In this document: in pieces, positions 37,508-49,046 of the stretch
Position numbering within the stretch: position 1 is the first letter of the stretch
Layout: the number at the start of each line of letters is the position of its first letter
Origin: a bacterium
Lineage (GTDB): Bacteria; Bacillota_I; Bacilli_A; RFN20; CAG-826
Assembly: GCA_963605025.1 (NCBI GenBank)
Contig: CAVCSZ010000002.1
Span: 16,996 to 80,995 of the forward strand
DNA length: 64,000 nt
Reading direction: 5' to 3'
Made by a program: the position numbers and the translations under genes
The notes under the pieces: model-generated
Told to the model about the DNA's origin: nothing
Databases searched by the model: none
The model's input: the letters and a program-made list of their open reading frames with translations, nothing else

Positions 37508-38593
37508 ATGGATAAAAACATGTTAGATAGACTTACAACTAGTGAAATTAGACTTAAAGAAATTGATCAATTATTACTTGAAGAATCTACAAGTAGAGAT
37601 ATGAAATTATTTAAATCTTTAAATAAAGAAAGAAGTATTTTAGAACCTATTGTAGAAAAATTTCATGAATATCAAATGGCAGAATCTAATCATAAAGATG
37701 CATTAATTATGACTAATGATTCAGATCCTGAAATATCAGAAATGGGTAAAGAAGAAATTAAAAATAGTGAAGAAGCTATGGAAAAGATTACTGAAGAATT
37801 AAAAATTTTATTAATTCCTAAGGATCCTAATGATGGTAAAGATATTATTTTTGAAATTAAAGGTGCTGTTGGTGGAGATGAAGCTAATATCTTCGCTGGT
37901 GATCTTTTTAGAATGTATATTAGATATTGTGATAAAGAAGGATATAAAGTTAAAATTATCGATGAATCTCCTTGTGGAGTAGGCGGATATTCTTATGTTT
38001 CATTTGTAGTAACAGGAGATGATGCTTATTCACATTTAAAATATGAAAGTGGAGTTCATAGAGTTCAAAGAGTTCCTAAGACTGAAGCTAATGGTAGAAT
38101 TCATACATCTACTGCTACAGTAGTAGTTATGCCTCAAGTTGAAGTAAATGATGTTGAAATTAGAACAGAAGATTTAAGAGTAGATAGATATAGATCACAA
38201 GGTGCTGGAGGTCAAAACGTTAATAAAACTGAATCTGCAGTTAGAATTACTCACCTTCCTACTGGAATTGTTGTATCTTGTCAAACTGAAAAGAGTCAAA
38301 TTCAAAACCATGAAATATGTATGCAAATGTTAGCAAGTAAACTTGCTCAACTTGAAGAAGAAAAGAAAGAAGAAAAAGAAGCTTCTTTTAGAAGTAAAAT
38401 AGGAAGTGGGGATAGAAATGAAAAAATTAGAACTTATAATTATCCTCAAAATAGAGTAACTGATCATCGTATTGGATATACAAGTATGCAACTTGATAGA
38501 GTTATGAATGGTGAAATTGATTCTATTGTAGAAGCTTTAGCAAATTATGAACAAGAACAATTAATTAAAGGTTCTCAAGATGGAAATCTCTAA
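37508..38593 (+). CDS. prfA: Peptide chain release factor 1
   Basis: GGQ motif ([11 protein letters not shown]) and RVQRVP; 361 aa. Confidence 0.95.
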   Translation: MDKNMLDRLTTSEIRLKEIDQLLLEESTSRDMKLFKSLNKERSILEPIVEKFHEYQMAESNHKDALIMTNDSDPEISEMGKEEIKNSEEAMEKITEELKILLIPKDPNDGKDIIFEIKGAVGGDEANIFAGDLFRMYIRYCDKEGYKVKIIDESPCGVGGYSYVSFVVTGDDAYSHLKYESGVHRVQRVPKTEANGRIHTSTATVVVMPQVEVNDVEIRTEDLRVDRYRSQGAGGQNVNKTESAVRITHLPTGIVVSCQTEKSQIQNHEICMQMLASKLAQLEEEKKEEKEASFRSKIGSGDRNEKIRTYNYPQNRVTDHRIGYTSMQLDRVMNGEIDSIVEALANYEQEQLIKGSQDGNL

Positions 38594-39434
38594 TCGTGAA
38601 TTATTTTTTAAATATAAAAATAAAGAATATTTTAATGATAAGATAATTTATGAATTACTAATTTTTAGTAATAATTTTAAAGATTTTACAGAATTAATTA
38701 TTAATTTTGATAATAATATTAAAAATTATAATTTATTTAAAGAATTAATAGATAAAATAGAAAAAGGTATACCTTATCAATATGCATTAGGTTATGCCTT
38801 TTTTTTGGATATGAAATTAAAAATAAGTAATGATACATTAATTCCTAGAAGTGAAACTGAAGAATTATGTTTAATTACTAAAGATTTTATTAATAAATAT
38901 AATTTAAATCATTCTAATATTGTAGATGTATGTAGTGGTTCAGGTTGTATCTCATTATATTTTAAAAAAGAATTTAATAATTCTAATGTAATAGGAATTG
39001 ATATATCTTCTAAAGCATTAGAAATATCTAGATTAAATTCTAATAATTTATTATTAAATGTTAATTATTTAGAAGGAAATATTATAGATCCATTAATAGA
39101 AAATAATATTAAAGTAGATATTTTAATATCTAATCCTCCTTATGTAGAAAATAAAGATGATATTGAAGAAATAGTTATTAAAAATGAGCCAATAAACGCT
39201 ATTTATAGTGAAGATGGAACTTATTTTTATGAATATATTTTTAAAAATTATAATAAAATTTTAAATGATAAATTTTTAATGAGTTTTGAAATAAATTATG
39301 ATCAAGAAGAGAAATTAACTAAATTAATAAATAAATATTTTGATAAAAATATTAATTATTTATTTAAAAAAGATAGTTATAATTTAACTAGATTTTTATT
39401 TATAACTAGAGGATATGATATATGGAATTTTTAG
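38580..39434 (+). CDS. prmC: Release factor glutamine methyltransferase
   Basis: NPPY motif (SNPPYV) and SAM site VDVCSGSGC. Follows prfA. Confidence 0.85.
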   Translation: MEISNRELFFKYKNKEYFNDKIIYELLIFSNNFKDFTELIINFDNNIKNYNLFKELIDKIEKGIPYQYALGYAFFLDMKLKISNDTLIPRSETEELCLITKDFINKYNLNHSNIVDVCSGSGCISLYFKKEFNNSNVIGIDISSKALEISRLNSNNLLLNVNYLEGNIIDPLIENNIKVDILISNPPYVENKDDIEEIVIKNEPINAIYSEDGTYFYEYIFKNYNKILNDKFLMSFEINYDQEEKLTKLINKYFDKNINYLFKKDSYNLTRFLFITRGYDIWNF

Positions 39435-40030
39435 AAAAAGATGAACAAGGAATTATTAAAGCAAGTGAATATTTATTAAATAAAGAAGTAATTGCGTTTC
39501 CTACTGAAACTGTATTTGGACTTGGAGTAATTTCTAATGATGAAGAATGTTTTAATAAATTAGTAAAAGTTAAAAATAGAAGACCTGATAAACCTTTTAC
39601 TTTAATGATATCTAATTTTAAACAAGTAGAGAATATTGTAGAAATTAATGAAGTAGCAAAGAAAATCATTAATAAATTTTTTCCAGGAGAATTAACAATT
39701 ATTTTAAAATCTAAAGATAATATAAAACCTTATTATTCATTAAATACTGGATTTATAGGAATTAGAATGCCTAATGATAATTTTATTTTAAAATTAATTG
39801 ATAAAGTAAATATTCCTTTATTTGTACCAAGTTGTAATCCAAGTGATTATAAACCTGCTATTAATGATAAAGAAGCTTATGATTATTTTAAAGATAAAAT
39901 AAAAGTAATTGTTAAAGGTAATTCAATTAGTAATGTACCATCTACTGTTATAAAAATAGACGGAAATAAAGTTACTTTATTAAGAGAAGGAAATATAAAA
40001 TTTAAAGATATAATGGAGGCTATTAAATAA
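39422..40030 (+). CDS. tsaC: L-threonylcarbamoyladenylate synthase (YrdC/Sua5 domain)
   Basis: AFPTETVFGLG motif; 202 aa. Confidence 0.85.
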   Translation: MEFLEKDEQGIIKASEYLLNKEVIAFPTETVFGLGVISNDEECFNKLVKVKNRRPDKPFTLMISNFKQVENIVEINEVAKKIINKFFPGELTIILKSKDNIKPYYSLNTGFIGIRMPNDNFILKLIDKVNIPLFVPSCNPSDYKPAINDKEAYDYFKDKIKVIVKGNSISNVPSTVIKIDGNKVTLLREGNIKFKDIMEAIK

Positions 40031-40476
40031 TGAAAATTGTATTAGGAAGTGATCATGGTGGATTTTTAACTAAAGCTAAATTAGTTAGATATTTAGAATC
40101 TAAAGGATATGAAGTTATTGATGTAGGTACTACTAGTGAATTAAGTTGTAACTACGCTACATTTGCGTTAATGGCTGCTAAAATTGTTGCAAAAAAAGAA
40201 GCAGATGTTGGTATTTTAATTTGTAATAGTGGAGAAGGAGTTTCTATTGCTGCTAATAAAGTAAAAGGAGTTAGATGTGGAATTGGATATAATGATGAAG
40301 TTGCACATTTAATTAAAGAACATAATAATTGTAATATGATTTCTTTTGGTGCTAATTTTATGTCTTATGAAGATATTGAAAGAAGAGTAGATATATTTTT
40401 AAATGCTACTTTTTTAGGAGATAGACACGAAAGAAGAGTAAATACTATTATAGATTACGAAAATAATAATAATTAA
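40030..40476 (+). CDS. rpiB: Ribose-5-phosphate isomerase B
   Basis: KIVLGSDHGGF...CNSGEGVSIAANK (LacAB/RpiB family). Confidence 0.9.
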   Translation: MKIVLGSDHGGFLTKAKLVRYLESKGYEVIDVGTTSELSCNYATFALMAAKIVAKKEADVGILICNSGEGVSIAANKVKGVRCGIGYNDEVAHLIKEHNNCNMISFGANFMSYEDIERRVDIFLNATFLGDRHERRVNTIIDYENNNN

Positions 40477-40478
40477 TT

Positions 40479-41360
40479 ATGAATAAGATTATTTTACTAG
40501 GTGGAAGTAATGTAGATTTTATTGCTACAAGTGAATTTCCTTTAATAGAAAAAACATCAAATATAGGAAATATTTCTATTTCTCATGGAGGAGTAATGAG
40601 AAATGTTTGTCAAAATTTAGCACTTTTAAATAATAAATGTATATTTTTTACATGTTTAGGAAATGATATATTTGGTAAATCTATTAAAGAAGAATTAGAT
40701 TCTTTAAAAGTAGAAGTATATTCTCCTAAAACTTACTTACCTACTAGTAAATATGTAGTTATTAATGATTATAATCATGATATTAAAGAAGCAATTTGTG
40801 ATAATAGAGTTATTGATGAATTAAATATTGAGTTTATTAAAGAACATTTAAATATATTTAATGAATCAGAATATATTTTCTTAGATAGTAATTTAAATGA
40901 AAAATTTATTAATGATATTTATAATTTATTTCCTAATAAAAAAATATGTTTTGACGCTATCAGCAAACAAAAGGCTAGAAAATTTAAAAATTTATTAAAT
41001 AAAACTTATTTAATTAAATGCAATATTTATGAAGCACAAGAGTTAATTAATGAAGAAATAGATGGTGAAGAATTATTAAATAAATTTTTAAATAAAGGAA
41101 TTAAAAATATTGTAATATCAAGAGGTTCTAAATCTATTTTATATATCGAAAATGGAATAAAAGGAGAAGTATTAGTAAATAAAGTAGAGAATTTTATTAA
41201 TACTACTGGATGTGGAGACGCTTTATTTTCAGGTATAATCGATAAATTAATAGAAGGAAAATCATTAAAAGAATGTATTGAATTTGGAATAAAATTATCT
41301 TCATTAACACTTCAAGATGAAAAAGCTTGTAGTGATAAAATTAAAATTTATAGTAAGTAA
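40479..41360 (+). CDS. PfkB-family carbohydrate kinase (pseudouridine-kinase-like)
   Basis: HGGVMRNVCQNLALL and TTGCGDALFSG motifs; 293 aa. Confidence 0.7.
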   Translation: MNKIILLGGSNVDFIATSEFPLIEKTSNIGNISISHGGVMRNVCQNLALLNNKCIFFTCLGNDIFGKSIKEELDSLKVEVYSPKTYLPTSKYVVINDYNHDIKEAICDNRVIDELNIEFIKEHLNIFNESEYIFLDSNLNEKFINDIYNLFPNKKICFDAISKQKARKFKNLLNKTYLIKCNIYEAQELINEEIDGEELLNKFLNKGIKNIVISRGSKSILYIENGIKGEVLVNKVENFINTTGCGDALFSGIIDKLIEGKSLKECIEFGIKLSSLTLQDEKACSDKIKIYSK

Positions 41361-41427
41361 AATTATCCATTAATTTGGATAATTTTTTATTTTAATAACT
41401 TCTTGTATTATAGGAGGTGATAAAAAT

Positions 41428-42567
41428 ATATTCATTTGTGATTTATGTGGTAATAAAGATCCTAGATATATCGGATATTTAAATAATAAACCTTATTGTA
41501 GAAAATGCATTGAATTTTGTGGTGAATATTATAATCAAGATGAAAATAATAATGTTAAAAATTCTAAAGCATACTTAACTTATGAATTAAGTAAAGATCA
41601 AAAAGAAATATCGAAAAAATTAATAGAAAATTTTAAAAATAAGAAAAATTCTCTTATATACGCAGTATGTGGAAGTGGAAAGACAGAACTTGTATTTGGC
41701 ATTATTGAATATGCTTTAAAAAATAATCTTAAAGTTGGATTTGCAATACCTAGAAAAGATGTTGTAATTGAACTTGCTTTAAGACTTAAAACGACTTTCT
41801 CAAAAAATAAAGTTATTAGTCTTTATGGAGGGCATAATGATGATTTATATGGAGATATTACAGTTTTAACAACTCATCAACTTTATAGATTTAATAAAGA
41901 ATTTGATTTATTAATTTTAGATGAAATTGACGCTTTCCCTTTTAAGGATAATGAAGTCCTTGAAAATATTTTTAAAAGAAGTGTTAAAGGCAATTATGTA
42001 ATGATGTCTGCGACACCTTCAGATAGAGTTGTTAATAATTTTAAAAAGAATAATGATGAAATTTTAACTTTGTTTACTAGATTTCATCGTCATCCCTTAC
42101 CAGTTCCAGTTATTAAAATAGTTCCAGGATTTTTACGTATATTTTATGTTATCGATATCCTGTCTAAATATAAAAAAGAAAATAAAAAAGTATTAATATT
42201 TTTACCTACGATTGATATGTCGATTGGATTTTTTAATATGCTTAAACATTTTGTAAAAAATGGAAATGTAGTAAATTCAAAAAGTAAATATCGTAATCAA
42301 ATAATTAATGATTTTAGAAATGATAAATATTTTTATTTAGTAACTACTGCAGTTTTAGAAAGAGGAGTTACTTTAAAAAACCTTCAAGTAATTATTATAA
42401 ATGCAGATCATGAAGAATATGATAAAGCTGCATTAATTCAAATTTCAGGAAGAGTAGGAAGAAAAAAAGAATTTCCAAAAGGAGATGTTATTTATGTTAG
42501 CAAGAAAATTACAAAATCAATGCGAGCATCAATTGATGAAATTAAAATGTACAACACCTATTTGTAA
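41428..42567 (+). CDS. comFA: ComFA-like DEAD-box helicase (competence protein), non-canonical start
   Basis: The frame is open from 41383. It encodes the zinc finger CDLCG...CRKC, Walker A CGSGKTE, the DEID box and SATP. There is no in-frame ATG/GTG/TTG before 42001. RBS GGAGGTG at 41413-41419 is followed by ATA (41428) and ATT (41434). Confidence 0.7.
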   Translation: MFICDLCGNKDPRYIGYLNNKPYCRKCIEFCGEYYNQDENNNVKNSKAYLTYELSKDQKEISKKLIENFKNKKNSLIYAVCGSGKTELVFGIIEYALKNNLKVGFAIPRKDVVIELALRLKTTFSKNKVISLYGGHNDDLYGDITVLTTHQLYRFNKEFDLLILDEIDAFPFKDNEVLENIFKRSVKGNYVMMSATPSDRVVNNFKKNNDEILTLFTRFHRHPLPVPVIKIVPGFLRIFYVIDILSKYKKENKKVLIFLPTIDMSIGFFNMLKHFVKNGNVVNSKSKYRNQIINDFRNDKYFYLVTTAVLERGVTLKNLQVIIINADHEEYDKAALIQISGRVGRKKEFPKGDVIYVSKKITKSMRASIDEIKMYNTYL

Positions 42568-43204
42568 AATATGTTTTAAAGACATTAAATTTGATAACTT
42601 TCATTCTATTATTAGAAAACCTTTAATTTGTAATAAATGTATTAAAAATATGAATCCAGTTTTAAAAAATTTCTATATTGATGATGTTAAAGGTTTAACT
42701 TTATATGAATATAATGAAGAATTAAAAAAACTAATTTATTTATACAAAGGTAATAAAGATTATGAATTAAAAGACGTATTTATTTCAAATTATGCAGTTT
42801 ATTTAAATTTTTTGTTTAAAGATTATGAAATAATATATGTTCCTTCAAGTAAAGAAAAAATAGAAGAAAGAGGATTTGATCATTGTAGAGAAATGTTTTC
42901 TCTTTTAAAAATGAAAGAAAATTCTAAAGCTATAAAACTTAAAAATGATAAACAATCAAGTAAAAATTTTAATGATAGAAAAAATAATAAAGGTGAATTT
43001 AAATTATTAAATCCTGAATTAATTAAAAATAAGAAAATTCTACTTGTAGATGATGTATGTACTACTGGATCTACTTTAAAAGAAATGGTTAGAATTATAA
43101 AAGAAAATAAGCCTCAAGATATTAAAATTTTAGTTATTTCTAAAAGAGAATTTTCAAAAGAAGAGATTAAGCACCTAAAAAATAAAGATATTGTTTTAAA
43201 ATAG
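42494..43204 (+). CDS. comFC: ComFC-like phosphoribosyltransferase-domain protein
   Basis: N-terminal Cys pairs (CKICF...CNKC) and PRTase motif ILLVDDVCTTGSTL. The ATG at 42494 is 9 nt after AAGGAG. Confidence 0.8.
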   Translation: MLARKLQNQCEHQLMKLKCTTPICKICFKDIKFDNFHSIIRKPLICNKCIKNMNPVLKNFYIDDVKGLTLYEYNEELKKLIYLYKGNKDYELKDVFISNYAVYLNFLFKDYEIIYVPSSKEKIEERGFDHCREMFSLLKMKENSKAIKLKNDKQSSKNFNDRKNNKGEFKLLNPELIKNKKILLVDDVCTTGSTLKEMVRIIKENKPQDIKILVISKREFSKEEIKHLKNKDIVLK

Positions 43205-43287
43205 GCATTATCATAAAAGTTAAAGTTTGATAGAAATAATATATTATGTTAAAATATAATGATTTTTTAAAATAAAGAAGGTATTGT

Positions 43288-45885
43288 ATGTCAAATGTAA
43301 TTTCAAAATTATTCAGAGTTGATCAAAGAATCTTAAATAAATATAAAAAACAAGCTAAGAAAGTCATGGCTTTAGAAAGCAAAATGGCTGCTTTAAGCGA
43401 TGATGAATTAAAACATAAAACTGTTGAATTTAGAGAAAGATTAAAAAACGGAGAAACATTAGAAGATATTAAAATTGAAGCTTTTGCTGTTTGTAGAGAA
43501 GCTGGAAAAAGAGTTCTTGGAATGTTCCCTTTTGAAGTTCAAATTATTGGTTCACTTGTTTTAAATGATGGCGAAATTGCTGAAATGAAAACTGGTGAAG
43601 GTAAAACTTTAACTGAAACAATGGCAACATATTTAAACGCTTTAGAAGGAAAAGGTGTTCATATTGTTACTGTTAATGAATATTTAGCTCAAAGAGACGC
43701 TCAAGAAATGGGTCAAATTTATAGATGGTTAGGTTTAACTACAGGTGTTAACCTCCATTCTTTAACAAAAGATGAAAAGAAAAAAGCTCACGCATGTGAT
43801 GTTACATATACAATTAACTCAGAATTAGGTTTCGATTATTTAAGAGATAACATGGCTCCTAATAAAGAACAAAGAGTTTTAAGAAAATTAAATTTCTGTA
43901 TTGTTGATGAAGCTGACTCTGTTTTAATTGATGAATCTAGAACACCTTTAATTATTTCAGGTGGCGCTAAAGCTAGTGCAAGTCAATATCAAGTTGCTGA
44001 TAGATTCTGTAAAATGTTAAGAGCATCTACTCAAGTTGATGAAGAATATAAAAAGAAACATCCAGATTATGTTCCTGATGGAGATTTTGAAATTGATGTA
44101 AAAACAAAGAGTGTTAATTTAACAGATAAAGGTGTTGATAAAGCTGAAAAAATGTTTGGTCTTGAAAATCTTTACGCTCCTCAATATCAAGAATTAGTTC
44201 ATAGAATTCATCAAGCTTTAAAAGCTAATTATATTATGGGTCGTGATGTTGAATATTTAGTTGATGAAAATAATGAAATTCAATTAATCGATCAATTTAC
44301 AGGACGTGTTTTAAAAGGAAGAGAATATAGCGATGGATTACAACAAGCTATCCAAGCTAAAGAAGGTGTTGAAATTAAAGAAGAAACAGTTACTTTAGCT
44401 ACTATTACATATCAAAACTTCTTCAGATTATTTAAAAAATGCGGTGGTATGACTGGTACTGCTAAAACTGAAGAAGAAGAATTTAATAAAATCTATAACA
44501 TGAAAGTTGTTTGTATTCCTACAAATAGACCTGTTCAAAGAATTGATGATAATGACTTAGTTTTTGCTACAAAAGCTGCAAAAATTAAAGCTATGGTTAA
44601 AGATATTGCAGAAGTTCATAAATCAGGACAACCTATCCTTATTGGTACTCCTTCAGTTGAAGCTAGTGAAGAAATGGCTAAAGCTTTAGATGCTGCTGGA
44701 TTAAAATATGATATGTTAAATGCTAAAAATCACTCAAAAGAAGCTGAAATTATTACTTATGCTGGTCAAAAAGGACATATTACTTTAGCTACAAATATGG
44801 CTGGTAGAGGTACTGATATTAAATTAACTCCTGAAACAAAAGCATTAGGTGGCTTATATGTTTTTGGATTTGAAAGACATGAATCAAGACGTATTGATAA
44901 CCAATTACGTGGTAGAAGTGGACGTCAAGGTGATCCAGGACATTCAAGATTCTATGTTTCACTTGATGATGAATTAATGGTTAGATTTGCTAGTGATAAA
45001 TTAAGAAATATCTTCTCTTCTTATGGAGATGAAGCTATTGAATCAAGAATGTTAACTACTGCAATTACTGGTGCTCAAAAACGTATTGAAGGTCAAAACT
45101 TTGATGTTCGTAAAAACTTATTAGATTATGATGATGTTTTAAGTAAACAAAGACACATTATGTATGCAAAAAGAGACCAAATTTTATTTGGAGAAGATAT
45201 TAGTGATTTAATTTATGAAACATTTAAAGATTGTGGTATTGGATTAGCTAAAAGAGGTGTTTTAGAAAATTCTAAAGATAATTTAGTTAATGGTGAACAA
45301 TTATTATCAATTGTTTCTCCACGTTTTTTACCTAATGGAACAATAACAGCTAGTATGTTTGATGAAGCTAGTGTTGAAGAAACAGGTGAAGATTTAACAG
45401 ATATTTTACTTGATGCTTATATTGCAAGAAAAAAAGAATGGAATGATCCTGAAATGACTAATGAAATCGAAAGATCAATTACTTTAAAAGTTATCGATAG
45501 AAACTGGACACAACAAATCGATAATATGACTCGTTTTAGAGAATCAGTCTCATTAAGAAGTTATGCTCAAACAAACCCATTACAAGATTATGTTAACGAA
45601 GGTTGGGGAATGTTTAGAGAAATGTTAGAAGTTATTGCTTTAGAAGTTGTTTTAAACTTAATGAATGTTCAAGTTAAAAAACCAGAAGTAACTCCAGAAA
45701 CAAACTTTGTTCCTAATGTTGATAATAATATTCAAAGTGAAGTAAGAGAAGAAGCTATTGAAAAAAGCGAAGAATCAAAAGAAATGAGTGTTTCAGAAAA
45801 AGAAGCAAATTTAAACATTACTGATGTTGATAAAGACGCAGTTGCTGCTGAAGATCACGATTTTGATTCTGCTCATACTAATTAA
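43288..45885 (+). CDS. secA: Preprotein translocase ATPase SecA
   Basis: 865 aa; MKTGEGKTL and VDEADSVLIDE. Confidence 0.97.
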   Translation: MSNVISKLFRVDQRILNKYKKQAKKVMALESKMAALSDDELKHKTVEFRERLKNGETLEDIKIEAFAVCREAGKRVLGMFPFEVQIIGSLVLNDGEIAEMKTGEGKTLTETMATYLNALEGKGVHIVTVNEYLAQRDAQEMGQIYRWLGLTTGVNLHSLTKDEKKKAHACDVTYTINSELGFDYLRDNMAPNKEQRVLRKLNFCIVDEADSVLIDESRTPLIISGGAKASASQYQVADRFCKMLRASTQVDEEYKKKHPDYVPDGDFEIDVKTKSVNLTDKGVDKAEKMFGLENLYAPQYQELVHRIHQALKANYIMGRDVEYLVDENNEIQLIDQFTGRVLKGREYSDGLQQAIQAKEGVEIKEETVTLATITYQNFFRLFKKCGGMTGTAKTEEEEFNKIYNMKVVCIPTNRPVQRIDDNDLVFATKAAKIKAMVKDIAEVHKSGQPILIGTPSVEASEEMAKALDAAGLKYDMLNAKNHSKEAEIITYAGQKGHITLATNMAGRGTDIKLTPETKALGGLYVFGFERHESRRIDNQLRGRSGRQGDPGHSRFYVSLDDELMVRFASDKLRNIFSSYGDEAIESRMLTTAITGAQKRIEGQNFDVRKNLLDYDDVLSKQRHIMYAKRDQILFGEDISDLIYETFKDCGIGLAKRGVLENSKDNLVNGEQLLSIVSPRFLPNGTITASMFDEASVEETGEDLTDILLDAYIARKKEWNDPEMTNEIERSITLKVIDRNWTQQIDNMTRFRESVSLRSYAQTNPLQDYVNEGWGMFREMLEVIALEVVLNLMNVQVKKPEVTPETNFVPNVDNNIQSEVREEAIEKSEESKEMSVSEKEANLNITDVDKDAVAAEDHDFDSAHTN

Positions 45886-45903
45886 TTTATAGAGGTTTTA
45901 TAA

Positions 45904-47011
45904 ATGGAATTATTTGAAATTAAAAATTTATTAAATGATTATAATGAAATTTTAAAATCTCTCGGTGACTCACTTTGACAATGAAAAAGTAGAAAATAGA
46001 ATACAAGAGATTGAAGAATTAAGTTCTAAAGATAATTTTTATAATGATTTAAGAGTAGCTCAAAAATTAATTAATGAAAAAAATCTTTTAGTAGAACATA
46101 AAGATTCAATTCAAACGTTAAAAAGAGAATATCAAGACTTACAAGATTTAATTTTAATTTCTAATGAATTAGGCGAAGATTCAATTTCTGTAATAAATGC
46201 TGAATTTACTAAATTTGAAAAAGATCTTTCTTCTTTAAGAAGAGAGATTCTTTTTAGTGATGAATATGATTCATTAAATTGTTTTTTAGAAATTCATCCT
46301 GGAGCAGGAGGCACTGAAGCTTGTGATTGGGCTGAAATGCTTTTAAGAATGTATGAAAGATTTGCAGAAAAACATAATTTAAAATTTCAAGTCATAGATT
46401 ATTTACCAGGAGAAGAAGCAGGATTAAAATCTTGTAATCTTTTAATAAGTGGTAAACATTCTTATGGATTATTAAAAGGAGAAAAAGGAGTTCATCGTTT
46501 AGTTAGAATTTCTCCTTTTGACGCAAATAAAAGAAGACATACTTCTTTTGCAAGTGTAAATGTCGTCCCTCAATTTGATGATTCAATAAAAGTTGAAATA
46601 AATCCTAGTGATTTAAAAATTGATACCTATAGAAGTGGAGGAGCTGGTGGTCAAAACGTTAATAAAGTTGAAACTGCTGTTAGAATTACTCACATTCCTA
46701 CTGGAATAGTTGTTGCTTGCCAAATTGAAAGAAACCAATTAAAAAATAAAGAAATTGCAATGAACATGTTAAAATCTAAACTCTTTGAACTTGAAGAAAA
46801 GAAGAAAAAAGATAAACTTAAAGGTATTGTTGGAGAACAAAAAAATATAGAATGGGGATCTCAAATTAGATCATATGTTTTTTGTCCTTATACATTAGTT
46901 AAGGATAATAGAACAAATTATGAAAATACTCAAGTAAACGAAGTTATGGATGGAGATTTAGATGGCTTCATTTATTCTTATTTAGAAAAAGGAATCAAAG
47001 ATAATGATTGA
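45904..47011 (+). CDS. prfB: Peptide chain release factor 2, programmed +1 frameshift: join(45904..45975,45977..47011)
   Basis: Frame 1 reads ATG...TCA CTT TGA. Frame 2 continues GAC AAT GAA... to the GGQ motif ([11 protein letters not shown]). Confidence 0.9.
45964..45978 (+). promoter_or_regulatory. prfB recoding site: SD-like GGTGA, then CTT TGA C
   Basis: GGTGACTCACTTTGAC read directly. CTT is at 45973-45975 and TGA at 45976-45978. Confidence 0.85.
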
Positions 47012-48983
47012 TAAAGAATTTGAACTTGTTTCTAACTTTAAACCAACAGGAGACCAACCATCTGCTATTGAGACTTTATCTCAAGGTGTAAAAGAAGGTA
47101 AAAAATACCAAGTTTTATTAGGTGCTACAGGTACTGGTAAAACTTTTACTATGGCTAATGTAATTGCAAAATGTAATAAGCCAACTTTAATTTTAGTACA
47201 TAACAAAACTTTAGCAGCTCAACTTTATCAAGAAATGAAAGAATTATTTCCAAATAATAGAGTAGAATACTTTATTTCAAATTTTGATTTTTATCAACCT
47301 GAAGCTTATATTGCTTCTACTGATACTTATATTGAAAAAAATGCAATGATTAATGAAGAAATAGAAATGATGAGAGTAAGTGCTATTAATTCATTAGTAT
47401 CTCATAGAGATGTTATTGTGGTTTCTAGTGTTGCTTCAATTTATGGCTTAACTGATCCTGAAGAATATAAGAAACTTGTATTTGAAGTTAGAGTAGGAGA
47501 GATTTTAGATAGAAAAATGATTTCTTCTAAATTAATTGATTCTCAATATCAAAGAAATGATTTTGACTTAGGTCCAGGTAAATTTAGAATAAATGGCGAT
47601 GCAATTTCTATAATGCAGGCAAATAATAAAGATAATTATATTAAAATTGAATTATTTGATGATGAAATAGAAGGTATTTATAAATGTGATTATTTAACTG
47701 GAAAAAAGATTGAATCTTATCAAACTTTATCAATCTTTCCAGCTTATGATCATGCTTCTAGTCAAGAAAGAATTAATGTTGCTTGTGAGAAGATATTAAA
47801 AGAATTAGATGAAAGAATTGAATATTTTAAAAGTGAAGGCAAATTATTAGAAGCAGAAAGAATTGAGATGCGTACTAGACAAGATGTTAATAAATTAAAA
47901 GAATTTGGAATGTGTCCTGGTATTGAAAATTATTCAAGACACATTGATGGAAGAAAAAAAGGAGAAAAACCTTTCTGTTTATTTGATTATTTTCCAAGAG
48001 ATTATTTATTAATTATTGATGAATCTCATGTTAGTGTTCCTCAAATTAGAGGAATGTTTAATGGTGATTTTTCTAGAAAATCTACATTAGTTGAATATGG
48101 TTTTAGATTACCTAGTGCATTAGATAATAGGCCCTTAAATTTTTCTGAATTTGAAAATGAAATTAATCAAGTTATATTTGATAGTGCTACACCAGGAGAA
48201 TATGAATTAAATTTAGTTGATAATGTTTATGCTGAACAAATAATAAGACCTACTGGATTGCTTGATCCTATAATTGAAGTAAGACCTTCTTTAGGACAAA
48301 TTGATGATTTAATTTTTGAAATTAAAAAAAGAATTGAAAAGCATGAAAGAGTAATGGTAGTAACTTTAACTATCAAAATGGCTGAAGATTTAACAAAATA
48401 TCTTAAAGAAAAAGAGATTAAAACAGTTTATTTACATTCTGAATGTAAAACTTTAGAAAGAAGTGAAATTATTTATCAATTAAGAAAAGGCAAATATGAT
48501 GTTTTAGTAGGTATCAATCTTTTAAGAGAAGGATTAGATATACCTGAAGTTTCACTTGTAGCAATTTTAGATGCAGATAAAGAGGGATTTTTAAGAAGTG
48601 AAAGAAGCTTAATTCAAACAGTAGGAAGAGCTGCTAGAAATGAAAATGGTATGGCTATAATGTATGCAGATTCTATTACTTATAGTATGCAAAAATGTAT
48701 TGATGAAACTAAAAGAAGAAGAGATATTCAAAATGCATATAATGAAGAAAATGGAATAATTCCTATGACAATTAGAAAAGAAATTATTTCACCTTTACAT
48801 GCTATTGATAAGGTTTTAGATGTAGAAGAAAGTAATGAAGAAGTTACTTTAAATGAAAAAGAAATTAAAAAGAGAATTGCAGAATTAAAAAGAGCTATGG
48901 AAAAATCTGCTAAAGAATTTGATTTTGAAAAAGCTATTGAATATCGTGATAGAATGATGGAACTGCAAGACTTATTAAAATAA
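47004..48983 (+). CDS. uvrB: Excinuclease ABC subunit B
   Basis: [12 protein letters not shown] and a C-terminal UVR motif; 659 aa. Overlaps the prfB end by 8 nt. Confidence 0.97.
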   Translation: MIDKEFELVSNFKPTGDQPSAIETLSQGVKEGKKYQVLLGATGTGKTFTMANVIAKCNKPTLILVHNKTLAAQLYQEMKELFPNNRVEYFISNFDFYQPEAYIASTDTYIEKNAMINEEIEMMRVSAINSLVSHRDVIVVSSVASIYGLTDPEEYKKLVFEVRVGEILDRKMISSKLIDSQYQRNDFDLGPGKFRINGDAISIMQANNKDNYIKIELFDDEIEGIYKCDYLTGKKIESYQTLSIFPAYDHASSQERINVACEKILKELDERIEYFKSEGKLLEAERIEMRTRQDVNKLKEFGMCPGIENYSRHIDGRKKGEKPFCLFDYFPRDYLLIIDESHVSVPQIRGMFNGDFSRKSTLVEYGFRLPSALDNRPLNFSEFENEINQVIFDSATPGEYELNLVDNVYAEQIIRPTGLLDPIIEVRPSLGQIDDLIFEIKKRIEKHERVMVVTLTIKMAEDLTKYLKEKEIKTVYLHSECKTLERSEIIYQLRKGKYDVLVGINLLREGLDIPEVSLVAILDADKEGFLRSERSLIQTVGRAARNENGMAIMYADSITYSMQKCIDETKRRRDIQNAYNEENGIIPMTIRKEIISPLHAIDKVLDVEESNEEVTLNEKEIKKRIAELKRAMEKSAKEFDFEKAIEYRDRMMELQDLLK

Positions 48984-49046
48984 TTATAGATTTTATTTTA
49001 TATTTCTATTAAAATATTTTATACACAAATTGTGGAGGATTTTATT

